NCBI GenBank assembly: GCA_040767085.1
Contig: JAXGPF010000010.1
Span: 128,001-192,000 of the forward strand
From: Kiritimatiellia bacterium
GTDB taxonomy: Bacteria; Verrucomicrobiota; Kiritimatiellia; JAAZAB01
DNA: 64,000 nt
Direction of reading: 5' to 3'
The translations under genes and the position numbers were made by a program. The notes beneath the pieces are model-generated. The model was not told the origin of the DNA and made no database searches. It saw only the letters and a program-made list of their open reading frames with translations. Shown in pieces: positions 45,803-55,752 of this stretch. How positions within the stretch are numbered: position 1 is the stretch's first letter; the number at the start of each line of letters is the position of its first letter.

Positions 45803-47560
45803 ATGATGTTCATATCAAAGTTCAACGCCCTGATCCGCAATCGCCTGGTCTGGGGCGCTTTCGCCGTGCTGGTGGTTATCTCATTTGTTGGATGGGGGAC
45901 GCAGAGCGTGGGGCAGCATGAGGAAACCCAGAAAATCGGCAAGTTGGAGGATGGCGCCGTGCGGGCGGAAGATTTTCAGGCCGCCTGGTTTAACGCGTAC
46001 CTGGCCACTTCGTTGATGTTTGGCCGGCCCATGACGGTTAATCCCCGGACCGACCAGGCTTTGAAAAAACTGGCCTGGCGGCGTCTGGCGGCGGCGCGCC
46101 AGGCCCGCGCGGCGGGTTGGAAAGTGGCGGACGGCGAAGTCGCGGCATTGATCCAGCAGCAGCCTCAGTTCCAGGATGCCGGCCGGTTCGATCCCTCCCG
46201 TTACCAGGCTTTCCTGCAGAATTTCCTGGGCGGCATGTCCTTGACGCCTGTGCAATTCGAAGCCTACCTGAAAAATGAAATCCTGCTGAACAAGGCGCGG
46301 CAGATGCTGACACCGCTGGCCTGGATTCCGCCGGCGGAAGTGGAGCAGGTCTACCACCAGTTGTACGACGAAATCACGGTGAGTTACGCCATCCTGAGCC
46401 AATCCAACCTGAATTACGCCGTGGATGTCACCGAGGCGGAAGCGCGCGGGTATTTCGATGGGCACCGGGAAGAATTCCGGATTCCGGAAAAGGTGCGCGT
46501 CAAGTATGCCGTCATACCCATGGCGCCGGCGGCGGATCTGGACTTGGATGAAGAGACCTTGAAGTCGTATTATGACGAGCATATCGAGGATTTCACCGTC
46601 CGCGACACCAATGACTGGCAGAATGCCGAGCCGTTTGAAAACGTGCGCGAACAAATCCGGCGGACGCTGGTGCGCCAGCGTGCCGAGGATGCGGCGGCGG
46701 AGCGGGCCGCGGAATTTGAGGTGGCCCTTGCCCCCGACCGCCAGGGCCGGGCCCTGGATTTTGACGCGGCGGCGGAGAAGGCCGGGCTGGAAGTGCGCAC
46801 GACGGACTATTTCGCCGAGGACGAACTGCTGCCGGAGCCGCCGGCCGGCCTGGAATTCAACCGCGCGGCCTTCGAATTGCGGAAAACGCCGGAGGATTAC
46901 TTCAGCCGGCCGGTGCCGGGTGCGGATGCCTTTTATCTCCTGGCCCTGGATGACCGCCGCGACGCGCGGCTGCCGGAATTCGACGAAGTGCGCTCGGCCG
47001 TGATGGAAGCGGCGCGCGCGCAGGCCATGGAGGACGAATTGCACCGCCTGGCCGCGGCCATCCTGGAGGCGGCGCAAACCGCCCGCGCAGCCGGCCGGCC
47101 GTTGGCGCCGGTTTTCGCCGGGTATGGCGTGGAATTGACCGTCACCGATCCGTTTGCCTTGCAGACCGGGCTCGAGGGCGTGATCGAGGATACAGGCGAA
47201 GATTTTCAAGTGGTGTTGCGCGAAACGCTGAAATGCAATCCGGGCGAACTGACCGGCCTGGTAGACATCCCCGGCGGTTATGCCATCGGCTGCCTGGAAG
47301 AACGACAGCCGGCTAATCCGGCCTTGCTGGCTTCCATCCGCTCGGAATTGACCGGTTACATCCGCAAGCGGCGGGATGAATTGGTGTTTAACGAATGGCA
47401 GAACTACCTGGTGGCCAAGGCGGAAATCCATAACCTGAAGTCCGACGCCGAAATGGCGGAACTGGATCAGGAAGACCGGGAACCGGACGAAGAAGAAGCC
47501 GCGGATGAAGCGCCGGCCGGCGAAGCCGCGGCCCGGCCGGATGACGCCGGCGCCCGATAA
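45803..47560 (+). CDS. PpiD/SurA-N-domain periplasmic chaperone
   Basis: N-terminal TM anchor (LVVISFVGWG), PQFQDAGRFD..RY, YFDGHREEFRIPEKVRVKY, PEFDEVR. Confidence 0.8.
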   Translation: MMFISKFNALIRNRLVWGAFAVLVVISFVGWGTQSVGQHEETQKIGKLEDGAVRAEDFQAAWFNAYLATSLMFGRPMTVNPRTDQALKKLAWRRLAAARQARAAGWKVADGEVAALIQQQPQFQDAGRFDPSRYQAFLQNFLGGMSLTPVQFEAYLKNEILLNKARQMLTPLAWIPPAEVEQVYHQLYDEITVSYAILSQSNLNYAVDVTEAEARGYFDGHREEFRIPEKVRVKYAVIPMAPAADLDLDEETLKSYYDEHIEDFTVRDTNDWQNAEPFENVREQIRRTLVRQRAEDAAAERAAEFEVALAPDRQGRALDFDAAAEKAGLEVRTTDYFAEDELLPEPPAGLEFNRAAFELRKTPEDYFSRPVPGADAFYLLALDDRRDARLPEFDEVRSAVMEAARAQAMEDELHRLAAAILEAAQTARAAGRPLAPVFAGYGVELTVTDPFALQTGLEGVIEDTGEDFQVVLRETLKCNPGELTGLVDIPGGYAIGCLEERQPANPALLASIRSELTGYIRKRRDELVFNEWQNYLVAKAEIHNLKSDAEMAELDQEDREPDEEEAADEAPAGEAAARPDDAGAR

Positions 47561-47599
47561 AATCCGCCTGTTCGCCGCCACAACCCGCCGCCGGCCGTC

Positions 47600-48319
47600 T
47601 CAGAGCGACCGCCGCGCCCGCCGGGCGCGCTGCCGCCGGTAACGGTAGATCATCGCGATGAAACGCAGCGTGTCGCGCATGGGATTGATTTTGCTTTTTT
47701 CGTCCCGGTAAATCACGGCGATGGGGACGGCGTCAATCCGGATGCCGCGGGCGGCCACATGCAGGAGGATTTCCGATTCGGCGGCATAACGCGTGGATTC
47801 CGTTGAAATAAACGGGATTTCGTCGCACCGGTAGAGACGGAAGCCGCATTGCGTGTCCGGCACATATTGGCGCATTTCCCGGCTGAGCAGCCAGCTCATG
47901 AAGCGATTGGTCAGTTTGCGCACCAGGGGCATATTGCCGGTGGCGCCCATCCGGTTGCCGATCAGGACCGGAATGCCGGTCCGCTGGTAGGCTTCGATAA
48001 AGTCCGGCAGATCGTCCGGGTCATGCTGTCCGTCGGCATCCATGGTGATCAGGTAATCGAATCGGTGCTCCCGCGCATACTTGAACCCGGTGTTCAGCGC
48101 CGCGCCCTTGCCCTGGTTGCTTTCGTGGCGGATCACCGTGGCGCCGGCCGCCGCGGCTTCCGCGGCGGTGCGGTCGGCGGAACCGTCGTCCACGACGACA
48201 GTATCGGCGACATGCCGCCGGATGCGGCGCACCACCTCGCCGATGCGCCGTTCTTCCATGTAGGCCGGCACCACCACGCAGCAACGCTGCCGCCCGCGGG
48301 GATTGTCTTGCGTGGTCAT
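47600..48319 (-). CDS. GT2 family glycosyltransferase (DPM-synthase-like)
   Basis: VVVPAYME, VVDDGSAD, NQGKGAAL, MDADGQHDP, DTQCGFR. Confidence 0.93.
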   Translation of the reverse strand: MTTQDNPRGRQRCCVVVPAYMEERRIGEVVRRIRRHVADTVVVDDGSADRTAAEAAAAGATVIRHESNQGKGAALNTGFKYAREHRFDYLITMDADGQHDPDDLPDFIEAYQRTGIPVLIGNRMGATGNMPLVRKLTNRFMSWLLSREMRQYVPDTQCGFRLYRCDEIPFISTESTRYAAESEILLHVAARGIRIDAVPIAVIYRDEKSKINPMRDTLRFIAMIYRYRRQRARRARRSL

Positions 48320-49182
48320 CCTTTTTCCTTTCGCCAAAAATCTTCAAACATGAACCATTGCAGCGGATTCTGCCTGATTTCCTCCTGCAGGATATCACGG
48401 ATGCGCTGCCGGAGTTCGTCCAGGGATTGACAGTCGGCCGGCATCAGGGGTGAATAGCAGCGCATCAGGAACCGGTCGTCCGGCTTGCGGGAAATGAAGA
48501 TGGGCAGCACCGGGGCGCCGATGTGCATCGCCAGGCGCGCCGGCCCGCTGGGCAGGCGCGCCGGCGCGCCGAAGAATTCGATGGGCTCGTGGTGGGGGCT
48601 GAAATCGCGGTCGGCCAGCATGGCGGCCAGGCCCTGGTTTTTCAACACCTGGATGACGCTCCGGGCCGCCCGGCCCAGGGCGATGCCATGGATGCCGCGC
48701 CCGGCGCGATGCTGCTGGAACAGCCGGTTGACGCTGTGGGCGCGTTCCGGCTGAAAGACGGCGGAAAGCCGGTAGCCGAGGGCGGTCATGATGGCGCCGC
48801 CCAGTTCCCAGTTGCCGAAATGCGCGGTGACGATGATCACGCCTTTGCCGTGGGCGCGGGCTTGGGCCAGGTAATCGAAATTTTCCATGTCCACCAGCCG
48901 GCGGACATCTTCCGGGCGCATTCGAGCGAACCGGAAAAAATCAACCAGGTACTTGCCGAAGTGTTCGAAATTCATGCGCGCCATGCGCGCCAGTTGTTTC
49001 GGCGGAACGGACTGGCCCTGGTGCCGCATGATCTGACGCAGGTTGCGCCGGACTGCCCGGCGTCCTTTGCGATCGCACAAGCAAAAACAATCCGCAATGC
49101 GCATGCCCAGCCAATAGGCGAAAGGATGCGGCAGTTTCTGGCTGATGATTTGCGCCAAACGGTAGGGAATGTATAAATTCAT
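48316..49182 (-). CDS. LpxL/HtrB-like lipid acyltransferase
   Basis: GKGVIIVTAHFGNWELGG, MLADRD, FFG..A.LP.GPA.LA, PLQWF. Confidence 0.88.
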   Translation of the reverse strand: MNLYIPYRLAQIISQKLPHPFAYWLGMRIADCFCLCDRKGRRAVRRNLRQIMRHQGQSVPPKQLARMARMNFEHFGKYLVDFFRFARMRPEDVRRLVDMENFDYLAQARAHGKGVIIVTAHFGNWELGGAIMTALGYRLSAVFQPERAHSVNRLFQQHRAGRGIHGIALGRAARSVIQVLKNQGLAAMLADRDFSPHHEPIEFFGAPARLPSGPARLAMHIGAPVLPIFISRKPDDRFLMRCYSPLMPADCQSLDELRQRIRDILQEEIRQNPLQWFMFEDFWRKEKG

Positions 49183-49255
49183 TGGTCCGGTTGCCTGGCC
49201 GGCTGACGCTGCCATCCTTTTACGCCATAAACACGCCGCATGATAGCGGAATCGG

Positions 49256-50143
49256 TCAAGGCTGGCAAGCTTCGCCGCCGCAAGTTGCGCCGGCCAGGCG
49301 GTCCGCCTGGTAGGATGACCGCACCAGCGGCCCGGCGGCCACCCCGGCGAAGCCCAACTGCAGCGCGAACTGGCGGTAGTTTTCAAACTCAGCGGGAGTG
49401 ACGTAACGCGCTACCGGGAAATGCCGCCGGGAAGGCGCCAGGTACTGGCCCAGGGTGAGCGCCCGGCAGCCGTTATCCAGCAAATCCCGGAGGGCTTGCC
49501 GCAATTCGGCATCATTTTCACCCAGGCCCAGCATCAGCCCGGATTTGACCAGCGTCCGCGGCCGGAGCCGGGCGGCGCTGCGCAGCACTTGCAGCGAGCG
49601 GTCATAATCCGCCTGCGGCCGGATCAACGGCTGCAGACGCCGGACCGTTTCCAGGTTGTGATTGAACACTTCCGGCGCCGCCGCCAGCACGGCGGCTATG
49701 GAAGATTCCTGGCCCTGGAAATCCGGCGTCAAGACTTCCACGCGCACGGGAATGGCATGCAGGGCGCGGATGACGGCCGCGAAAATTGCGGCGCCGCCGT
49801 CCGGCAGGTCGTCGCGGGTAACGCTGGTCACCACCACGTAACGCAGTCCCAACCTGACGGCCAGTTGCGCCACCCGCGCCGGCTCATCCGCCGCCGGCGG
49901 GACGGGCGCGCCGTGTTTTACCGCGCAAAACCGGCAGCGGCGGGTGCAAGTATCGCCAAGGATCATGACCGTGGCGGTGCCGCGGTTGAAACATTCCTGG
50001 CGATTCGGGCAGCGGGCGCTTTCACAGACGGTCGGCAGCCCCGCCGCCCGCAGGGCGTCATGGACGACGCGGTAATGCTGTTCCGCGGCGGGCAATCGCA
50101 CGCGAATCCAGGGCGGCAGACGATGGGACGGTTCAGCGGACAT
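49256..50143 (-). CDS. lipA: Lipoyl synthase
   Basis: TVCESARCPNRQEC, CTRRCRFC, TSVTRDDLPDGGA, HNLETV, VRSSY; alternative start at 50164. Confidence 0.97.
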   Translation of the reverse strand: MSAEPSHRLPPWIRVRLPAAEQHYRVVHDALRAAGLPTVCESARCPNRQECFNRGTATVMILGDTCTRRCRFCAVKHGAPVPPAADEPARVAQLAVRLGLRYVVVTSVTRDDLPDGGAAIFAAVIRALHAIPVRVEVLTPDFQGQESSIAAVLAAAPEVFNHNLETVRRLQPLIRPQADYDRSLQVLRSAARLRPRTLVKSGLMLGLGENDAELRQALRDLLDNGCRALTLGQYLAPSRRHFPVARYVTPAEFENYRQFALQLGFAGVAAGPLVRSSYQADRLAGATCGGEACQP

Positions 50144-50163
50144 GGTTGGCCATAATTCCGACA

Positions 50164-50574
50164 TTAAATTTGTTCTCCCGGCGCCGGCCGGCAACTCTGC
50201 TCGTCCGACGCTTCAATCCGGCGCGCCTGGCATAGTTTTTCAAAACCATTGAAATTCCAGCGGGCTGGAAAATCCCGGCATTGCAGCGGCTTGACGGCAT
50301 GCACCCGGCAAAGGTTTTTTTCCAGAAAAATACAGGCGCCATCCGATTGCTCCGTCAAAATCAATCCCAGGCGGTCGGGCGCGAGGGTGGTGAAGCGGGC
50401 GATGAATTCGGCCGGAGGCATGCCCAAGTGGCCGGCCAGCGGAGCGATTTCCTCCGGCCGCAGGCGCACGACGCCCGGCCAGCGGCAGCAGGCGCCGCAT
50501 TGCCGGCATAAATATTGAATGGACACATTCATTGCCATGCCCGTCATCATGGCAAAATCTTTTGCGAATTGCAA
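50164..50574 (-). CDS. YkgJ-family cysteine-cluster protein
   Basis: CRQCGACC, ACIFL..CRVH..KP.QCR.FP; true start probably a downstream Met. Confidence 0.85.
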   Translation of the reverse strand: MQFAKDFAMMTGMAMNVSIQYLCRQCGACCRWPGVVRLRPEEIAPLAGHLGMPPAEFIARFTTLAPDRLGLILTEQSDGACIFLEKNLCRVHAVKPLQCRDFPARWNFNGFEKLCQARRIEASDEQSCRPAPGEQI

Positions 50575-50604
50575 TCCCCCGGCACTTGAATTAGTTTATA
50601 CGGC

Positions 50605-53166
50605 ATGATGCCAATAAATGCTCCCCCGGAAAATCCGCCGCCGTCCGGCCGGCGTCTGGTCCGGATCGCCCTGGTTTATGGCGCCGGTATCTGGTGCGCG
50701 GCTTGGTTTGACCGCTGGGATTGGCGGTGGGTGCTGGCGGCGTCCGCCGCCATGCTGGCGGTATGCCTGGCGGCGCAATGGCTGCGCCCGGTCTGGTTGG
50801 CGCGCGCCGGCCTGTGGGCGGGCTGGTTTTTGGCCGCCTGGGGCTTGACGGGCGCGCGCTGGGATGCCGCCGGCCCGGAGCAGTTGGGCCGCCTGCTGCA
50901 GCGTGCCCGCGAGTCCGTGGAATTACAGGGGCGCATCGCCGGACAACCGGTTTTTTATCACGCCAAGGCGCGTTCCGCCGGCGCGGCGGAGCTGAGGGGA
51001 TTATGGCTCTTCGATTTTGATATATCGCATATCCGCCGGCTGCCGGATTGGCAGCCGGCGCGGGGGCGTGTGCGCGTTTTTTTAGCGGGCGCCGAAAGCC
51101 TGCAGCCGCAGAGCGGATCCGCATGGCGCCTGGCGGGCGCGTTGACGGATCATCTGTCTCTGCACTCGGAGCGGCGGCAATGGCAATGGTACTGGCCGGC
51201 CTCGCTCGGTCAGCCGTCCGCGCCGGCGCCCGCCGGGTGTCCACCCCGGGCATCGGCCGCCTTGAAAACAATGCGCCGTTATACCCTGCGAGCGGATCCG
51301 CGTTCGGCGCGCCTGGCGGCGGCGGCCAGCGCCTGGCAGCCCGGTCCGTATTTTCAGGCTTGGCGCCGGCGCGCCGGAGAGTTGCTCGCCCTGGGCTTGG
51401 CCGGCCGTCCGGATGTGGCCGCCATATTACGCGCATTGATATTGGGGTATGACGAGGAATTGCCGTCCGATTTGCGCCGGCGATTTGTCGCAACGGGCAC
51501 ATTTCACCTTTTTGCAATTTCCGGCACCCATATGGCGTTGCTGGCCCTGTTGGCGGCCGGCGTGCTGCGGCTGGCAGGAATCTCCCGGATTTATTGGTTT
51601 CTGGGGGTCGCGCCGGTGCTGGCGTTTTTCACCGCCATGGTTGGCGCGCCCGCCAGTGCGGTGCGCGGCAGTTTAATGGCTGGCCTCTGGCTGCTGGGGA
51701 TGCTGGTCGGGCGCCGCGGCGACGGGGTGTCCGCGCTGGCCCTGGCGGGATGGTTGATTTTGCTGTGCGCCCCCGCCCAGTTGTTTGCGCCTGGCTTCAT
51801 CCTTTCCTTTGTGACCGTCGCGGGCCTGATGTGCATCGCTCCTTTCTGCACACGGCTCCGGGCGGACGCGGCGCCGGCGCCGATTGACCCGGCGCGCAAA
51901 CGCTGGCGCGTTTGGATGCGCCAGGTCTGGCGCGCCTGCCTGTTCAGCACGGCGGCTTCCACGGCGGCGTGGCTGGCCGCCATGCCGTTGATGGCCTGCT
52001 GGTTCAACGTCTGGTCGCCTCTTTCCGCCCTGGCCAATGTGCCGGTCATACCGCTGGCCGGCATATCGCTGGGGCTGGGATTCCTGGCCATGCTTCTGGG
52101 CGGCCTGCATCCCGGGTTGGCCGCCGCCTGCAACTGGATGAATATTGCTCCGGTCATCCTGATGCGCGACTGGCTCGCATTCGTGCAGTCCATTCCCGGC
52201 TGCCAGCTGCTCGTCAGCAGCCCGCCGGTTTGGGCGATCTGCGCCTGGTATGCCGGATGGGGCATCCTGGTCTGGCGGCGGATCAAACTGACAGTTGCCC
52301 GGCGCGCCGCGCGGGCGGCTGCCGCCGATTCGTCATCTTCCAGCAAGTTACCGGCTGACCCGGCATACGGCGCGCTTGCGGATAAGCCGCGGCGCCAGTG
52401 GGACTGGCGCTTGCCGGCGGCGCTGGCCCTGATCGCAGTCTGGCCGGCCTGGGATTTCACCGATGGCTGCGCCGGCCGCGTTCAAATCATGAATGCCGGT
52501 GGAAGGGCAGTAGTCCTGGGGTGCGGACCGGGCCTGGTCCGCCGCGCCTTCTGGCTGGTCAACGCCGGCAACCTGCGCCAGGCGCGCCAGTTAAGGCAAA
52601 TGTTAGCCCAAGCCGGTGTGAACCGGTTGGACCTGTGGATGCTCTCCGGGATGGATGCCGGGAATGTCAATGCCGCCGCGGATTTGATCGAAAGCGGAGA
52701 ATTTAAGCCGGCCCGTACGGTTTATCCGGCCGGCGCGCCACGTTACCGCGTGTTTGCCGGCCTACTCCGGTGTCTGGCGCAGGCGGGAGCGCATTTAACA
52801 GAGGCAACCCAGGCCGTATCGGGCGAATTGGCCGGCAACCTGGTATGGCAAGCCCGGCCGGGTGCCGATGCGCCGGGCCGGATGACAGCGGAAACAGCTT
52901 GGGCGGCATGGGCTGCGGCAATAACGCCGGGCGATGCCGAAGGTCAGTTGCCCCCAAGGATTGCAATTGCACCGCGGCATGCAGCCGGGCCAGGCGGAGC
53001 AGGGGGACGGATGATCATCGAATGCGCGCCGCATGGTTTCGGGCCGCAATTCATGGCCGATGACGCGGAAAGCCGCGTGGCACTTGCGCCGGGACAAATG
53101 TTGACCTTGGACTTTACCAGGCAAGGCGTATGGGCGCGGTGGATGGGCAGCGCGGCTGGCAGGTAG
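50605..53166 (+). CDS. comEC: ComEC/Rec2 competence protein
   Basis: ALILG..F..TGTFHLFAISGTH, ASAVRG.LM, GFILSF, LANVPVIP. Confidence 0.88.
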   Translation: MMPINAPPENPPPSGRRLVRIALVYGAGIWCAAWFDRWDWRWVLAASAAMLAVCLAAQWLRPVWLARAGLWAGWFLAAWGLTGARWDAAGPEQLGRLLQRARESVELQGRIAGQPVFYHAKARSAGAAELRGLWLFDFDISHIRRLPDWQPARGRVRVFLAGAESLQPQSGSAWRLAGALTDHLSLHSERRQWQWYWPASLGQPSAPAPAGCPPRASAALKTMRRYTLRADPRSARLAAAASAWQPGPYFQAWRRRAGELLALGLAGRPDVAAILRALILGYDEELPSDLRRRFVATGTFHLFAISGTHMALLALLAAGVLRLAGISRIYWFLGVAPVLAFFTAMVGAPASAVRGSLMAGLWLLGMLVGRRGDGVSALALAGWLILLCAPAQLFAPGFILSFVTVAGLMCIAPFCTRLRADAAPAPIDPARKRWRVWMRQVWRACLFSTAASTAAWLAAMPLMACWFNVWSPLSALANVPVIPLAGISLGLGFLAMLLGGLHPGLAAACNWMNIAPVILMRDWLAFVQSIPGCQLLVSSPPVWAICAWYAGWGILVWRRIKLTVARRAARAAAADSSSSSKLPADPAYGALADKPRRQWDWRLPAALALIAVWPAWDFTDGCAGRVQIMNAGGRAVVLGCGPGLVRRAFWLVNAGNLRQARQLRQMLAQAGVNRLDLWMLSGMDAGNVNAAADLIESGEFKPARTVYPAGAPRYRVFAGLLRCLAQAGAHLTEATQAVSGELAGNLVWQARPGADAPGRMTAETAWAAWAAAITPGDAEGQLPPRIAIAPRHAAGPGGAGGRMIIECAPHGFGPQFMADDAESRVALAPGQMLTLDFTRQGVWARWMGSAAGR

Positions 53167-53407
53167 TGACGACCAGAAGTTACCACGAAAATTGGAATTG
53201 AAAAGATTTAAAGCAATCATGGAGCGTGTAAATTAATTTTTGCACGGTTATCTGCTGGCGATGCAAAATTCCGGGAAAACAATTTGCAGCAGCGGATTTT
53301 TCCCTTGCCTGAAATGCGTCGGAATTGTATAAGCCGCATGGTGATATGTGCTGGACGGCTGCATGGCAAAGCCGGACGGCATGCAAACCAACCGGAGGGA
53401 AGTGCGC

Positions 53408-54034
53408 ATGCAAATCATCGGAGTCTGCGGAAATTACCGGCCGGGCGGAGTGACGGAACGCTTGCTGGATGCGGCCCTGGAAGGCGCCCGCGCGGCTGGC
53501 GCTGCGGTGGACGTGCTGACACTGCGCGATCTCAATTTCGAATTCTGCCGGAACTGCAAGCATTGCTGGCAGTCGCCGGGAGACGGACCGGCGGCGGATT
53601 GCGTCATCCGGGACGATCTCACACCCTGGCTGGAGCGGATCGCTGCCGCCGATGGCTTGATCCTGGCCGCGCCCGTGAATTTCGGGTCGCTCACGGCGCT
53701 GTTCAAGAAATTCCAGGAGCGTTGCCTGGTGCTGACCCGGCTCAACCCGTTGACCGGCCTCCCGCGCCGGCTGGCTGGCGTGCCGGCAGTGCCGGCTGCG
53801 CGTTACCGCGGCCGGCCGCGCCCGATGCTGTGCCTGACTGCTTCCGGTGCGCCGGCGTGGGTAGGGCGGCTCATGATGCCCTGCGCCCGGAAGCAATTCC
53901 GGGCGCTGGGAGAGGCTTGGGGCGGCCGGATCGCGGGCTTGATCTGGGCCGGCGGCAGCATGGCCCCGGGGCATCTGCCGGAAGACCGCCTGTTAGCCGC
54001 GGCCCGCGCGGCCGGAGCGTGCCTGTCGGATTGA
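53408..54034 (+). CDS. Flavodoxin family / iron-sulfur flavoprotein (NADPH-dependent FMN reductase-like)
   Basis: FCRNCKHC....CVIRDD, ADGLILAAPVNFG..KKFQER. Confidence 0.85.
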   Translation: MQIIGVCGNYRPGGVTERLLDAALEGARAAGAAVDVLTLRDLNFEFCRNCKHCWQSPGDGPAADCVIRDDLTPWLERIAAADGLILAAPVNFGSLTALFKKFQERCLVLTRLNPLTGLPRRLAGVPAVPAARYRGRPRPMLCLTASGAPAWVGRLMMPCARKQFRALGEAWGGRIAGLIWAGGSMAPGHLPEDRLLAAARAAGACLSD

Positions 54035-54405
54035 GAAGGGAATAGTTTCACGGCGGAATCCTCCTCTTTGCCAGAGTGGCCTGGCCAACTCGACAAGTTA
54101 ATCAATAATACCTGAAATCGGTTTTGATATGCAATGGCATTTTCCGGCCGCCCCGGCATTCGGATTTTGGCTGCTGTGCTGCCGGTCGGGTTTGAACCAG
54201 CCCCTTCCAAATCACGCCATGGCGTTATTGCGGTCTTGGAGGGACGACTTCCACGTCGTCCGTGTATCAGGCGAATTGCGGCCTGGTCGGGCTGAATGCT
54301 AGACATCTCAAGTAATATCTGCTAAACACCTGCAAAACGCACCCAACCCGGCGCGGCGGTGCGGCCGGGCCTTTTACTATGAACATCGATAGCGGCTTTG
54401 GCAAA

Positions 54406-55731
54406 ATGAAGGCAAAACTGTTTTTGAAAAGCGCGGCCGGCATGCTGGCCTGTATCCTGGCGCAGGGGATCGCCGCCGGCGCCGAATATGCCCTGCATGT
54501 TCAAACGTGCAAACCGGAAGCGCTCTATGCGGTCGGCGAAAAGATCGTTTTCAGCGTGATGCTCACCGCGGACGGGGCGCCCTTGCCCGGCCAGACCGTG
54601 AACTATGCCATCACGCGCAACGGCCGCCGCGATCCTGTCCGAGGCGCCATCACTTCCGCGGTAACGCCGGCTTCAATTGCAACGGTCATGGATAACCCGG
54701 GTTTTGCGCTATGCGCGGCGACCTTCACTGCGCCCACCGGCCAGACGGTGCGCGGGCTGGCCGGTGCCGGCGCCGCTCCCCTGGAGATCAAGCCCGGCCT
54801 TGAATTGCATGATGAGTTCGACCGATTCTGGGATGCCCAAAAAGCGGCGCTCGAGAAGCTTCCGCTGGAATTCAGCCTGGAACCCGTTCCCGCGCCCGCC
54901 GGGTATGCGGGGAAGGTGGAATGTTTCGATATCAAGGTCAATTGTCCTGGCGCCAAGCCGGTTTCCGGGTATTTGGCCAAACCCGTCCAGACGGTGAAAG
55001 CATCACTGCCGGCCATCGTCACCTATCACGGGGCGGGGGTGCGAAGCGCGAAAATCGAATTGGCCTGCTCCTGGGCGGAGAAAGGCATGCTCGCGCTCGA
55101 TATCAATGCGCACGGCATCGCCAATGGGCAACCCCCGGAGTTTTACGACCGCCTTAACACCACGGACTTGAAAGGTTATCCGCATTTAAACAAGGGTGAC
55201 CGTGAAAAGTGTTATTTTCTGGGCATGTTCCAGCGGGTTTACCGGTCGCTGCAGTTTATCAAAAAACAGCCCGAATGGGACGGCAAATGCCTGGTCACCC
55301 GCGGCAGCAGCCAGGGTGGCGGGCAGTCTATCGCGGCCGCCGGATTGGATTCGCAGGTCACTTTTTGCGCGGCGCTGGTGCCAGCCCTTTGCGACCATTA
55401 CGGCTATCTTGCCGGACGGGCGAATGGCTGGCCGCGGCTCATCGCGGTTGATCAATCCGGCCAACCGGCGCAGGTGGATGTCGTCGCCGCGGCCAAATAC
55501 TTTGACGGCGTGAATTTTGCCGCGCGGATCAGGGCGGAGGCGATCTTTACCGCCGGGTTGATTGACAACACCTGCTGTCCGTCTTCCGTCTACTCCGCTT
55601 ATAACTGTGTTCCCGGCCGGAAAGCCATCTTCAACAATCCGCGCTTCGGCCACCATAATCCGCCGGAAGCCGAGCAGGCCGTGGACCAGGCCATTGACGC
55701 GCATGTCTGGGCCATGCGCGCGCGAAAATAA
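54406..55731 (+). CDS. Secreted acetylxylan esterase / cephalosporin-C deacetylase (CE7)
   Basis: FDRFW, YHGAG, NAHG, PEWDG, GSSQGGG nucleophile, GLIDNTC.PSSVYSAYN; signal peptide. Confidence 0.9.
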   Translation: MKAKLFLKSAAGMLACILAQGIAAGAEYALHVQTCKPEALYAVGEKIVFSVMLTADGAPLPGQTVNYAITRNGRRDPVRGAITSAVTPASIATVMDNPGFALCAATFTAPTGQTVRGLAGAGAAPLEIKPGLELHDEFDRFWDAQKAALEKLPLEFSLEPVPAPAGYAGKVECFDIKVNCPGAKPVSGYLAKPVQTVKASLPAIVTYHGAGVRSAKIELACSWAEKGMLALDINAHGIANGQPPEFYDRLNTTDLKGYPHLNKGDREKCYFLGMFQRVYRSLQFIKKQPEWDGKCLVTRGSSQGGGQSIAAAGLDSQVTFCAALVPALCDHYGYLAGRANGWPRLIAVDQSGQPAQVDVVAAAKYFDGVNFAARIRAEAIFTAGLIDNTCCPSSVYSAYNCVPGRKAIFNNPRFGHHNPPEAEQAVDQAIDAHVWAMRARK

Positions 55732-55752
55732 CGCCGCCCGCCGCGGACGCCG

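Noticed and set aside
45881-47581. 566-aa minus-strand ORF
   Set aside because: Antisense shadow of the PpiD-like gene; no motifs.
54170-54205. GGTTCAAACC on the minus strand resembling a tRNA T-loop or att site
   Set aside because: The flanks cannot form a T-stem or cloverleaf.
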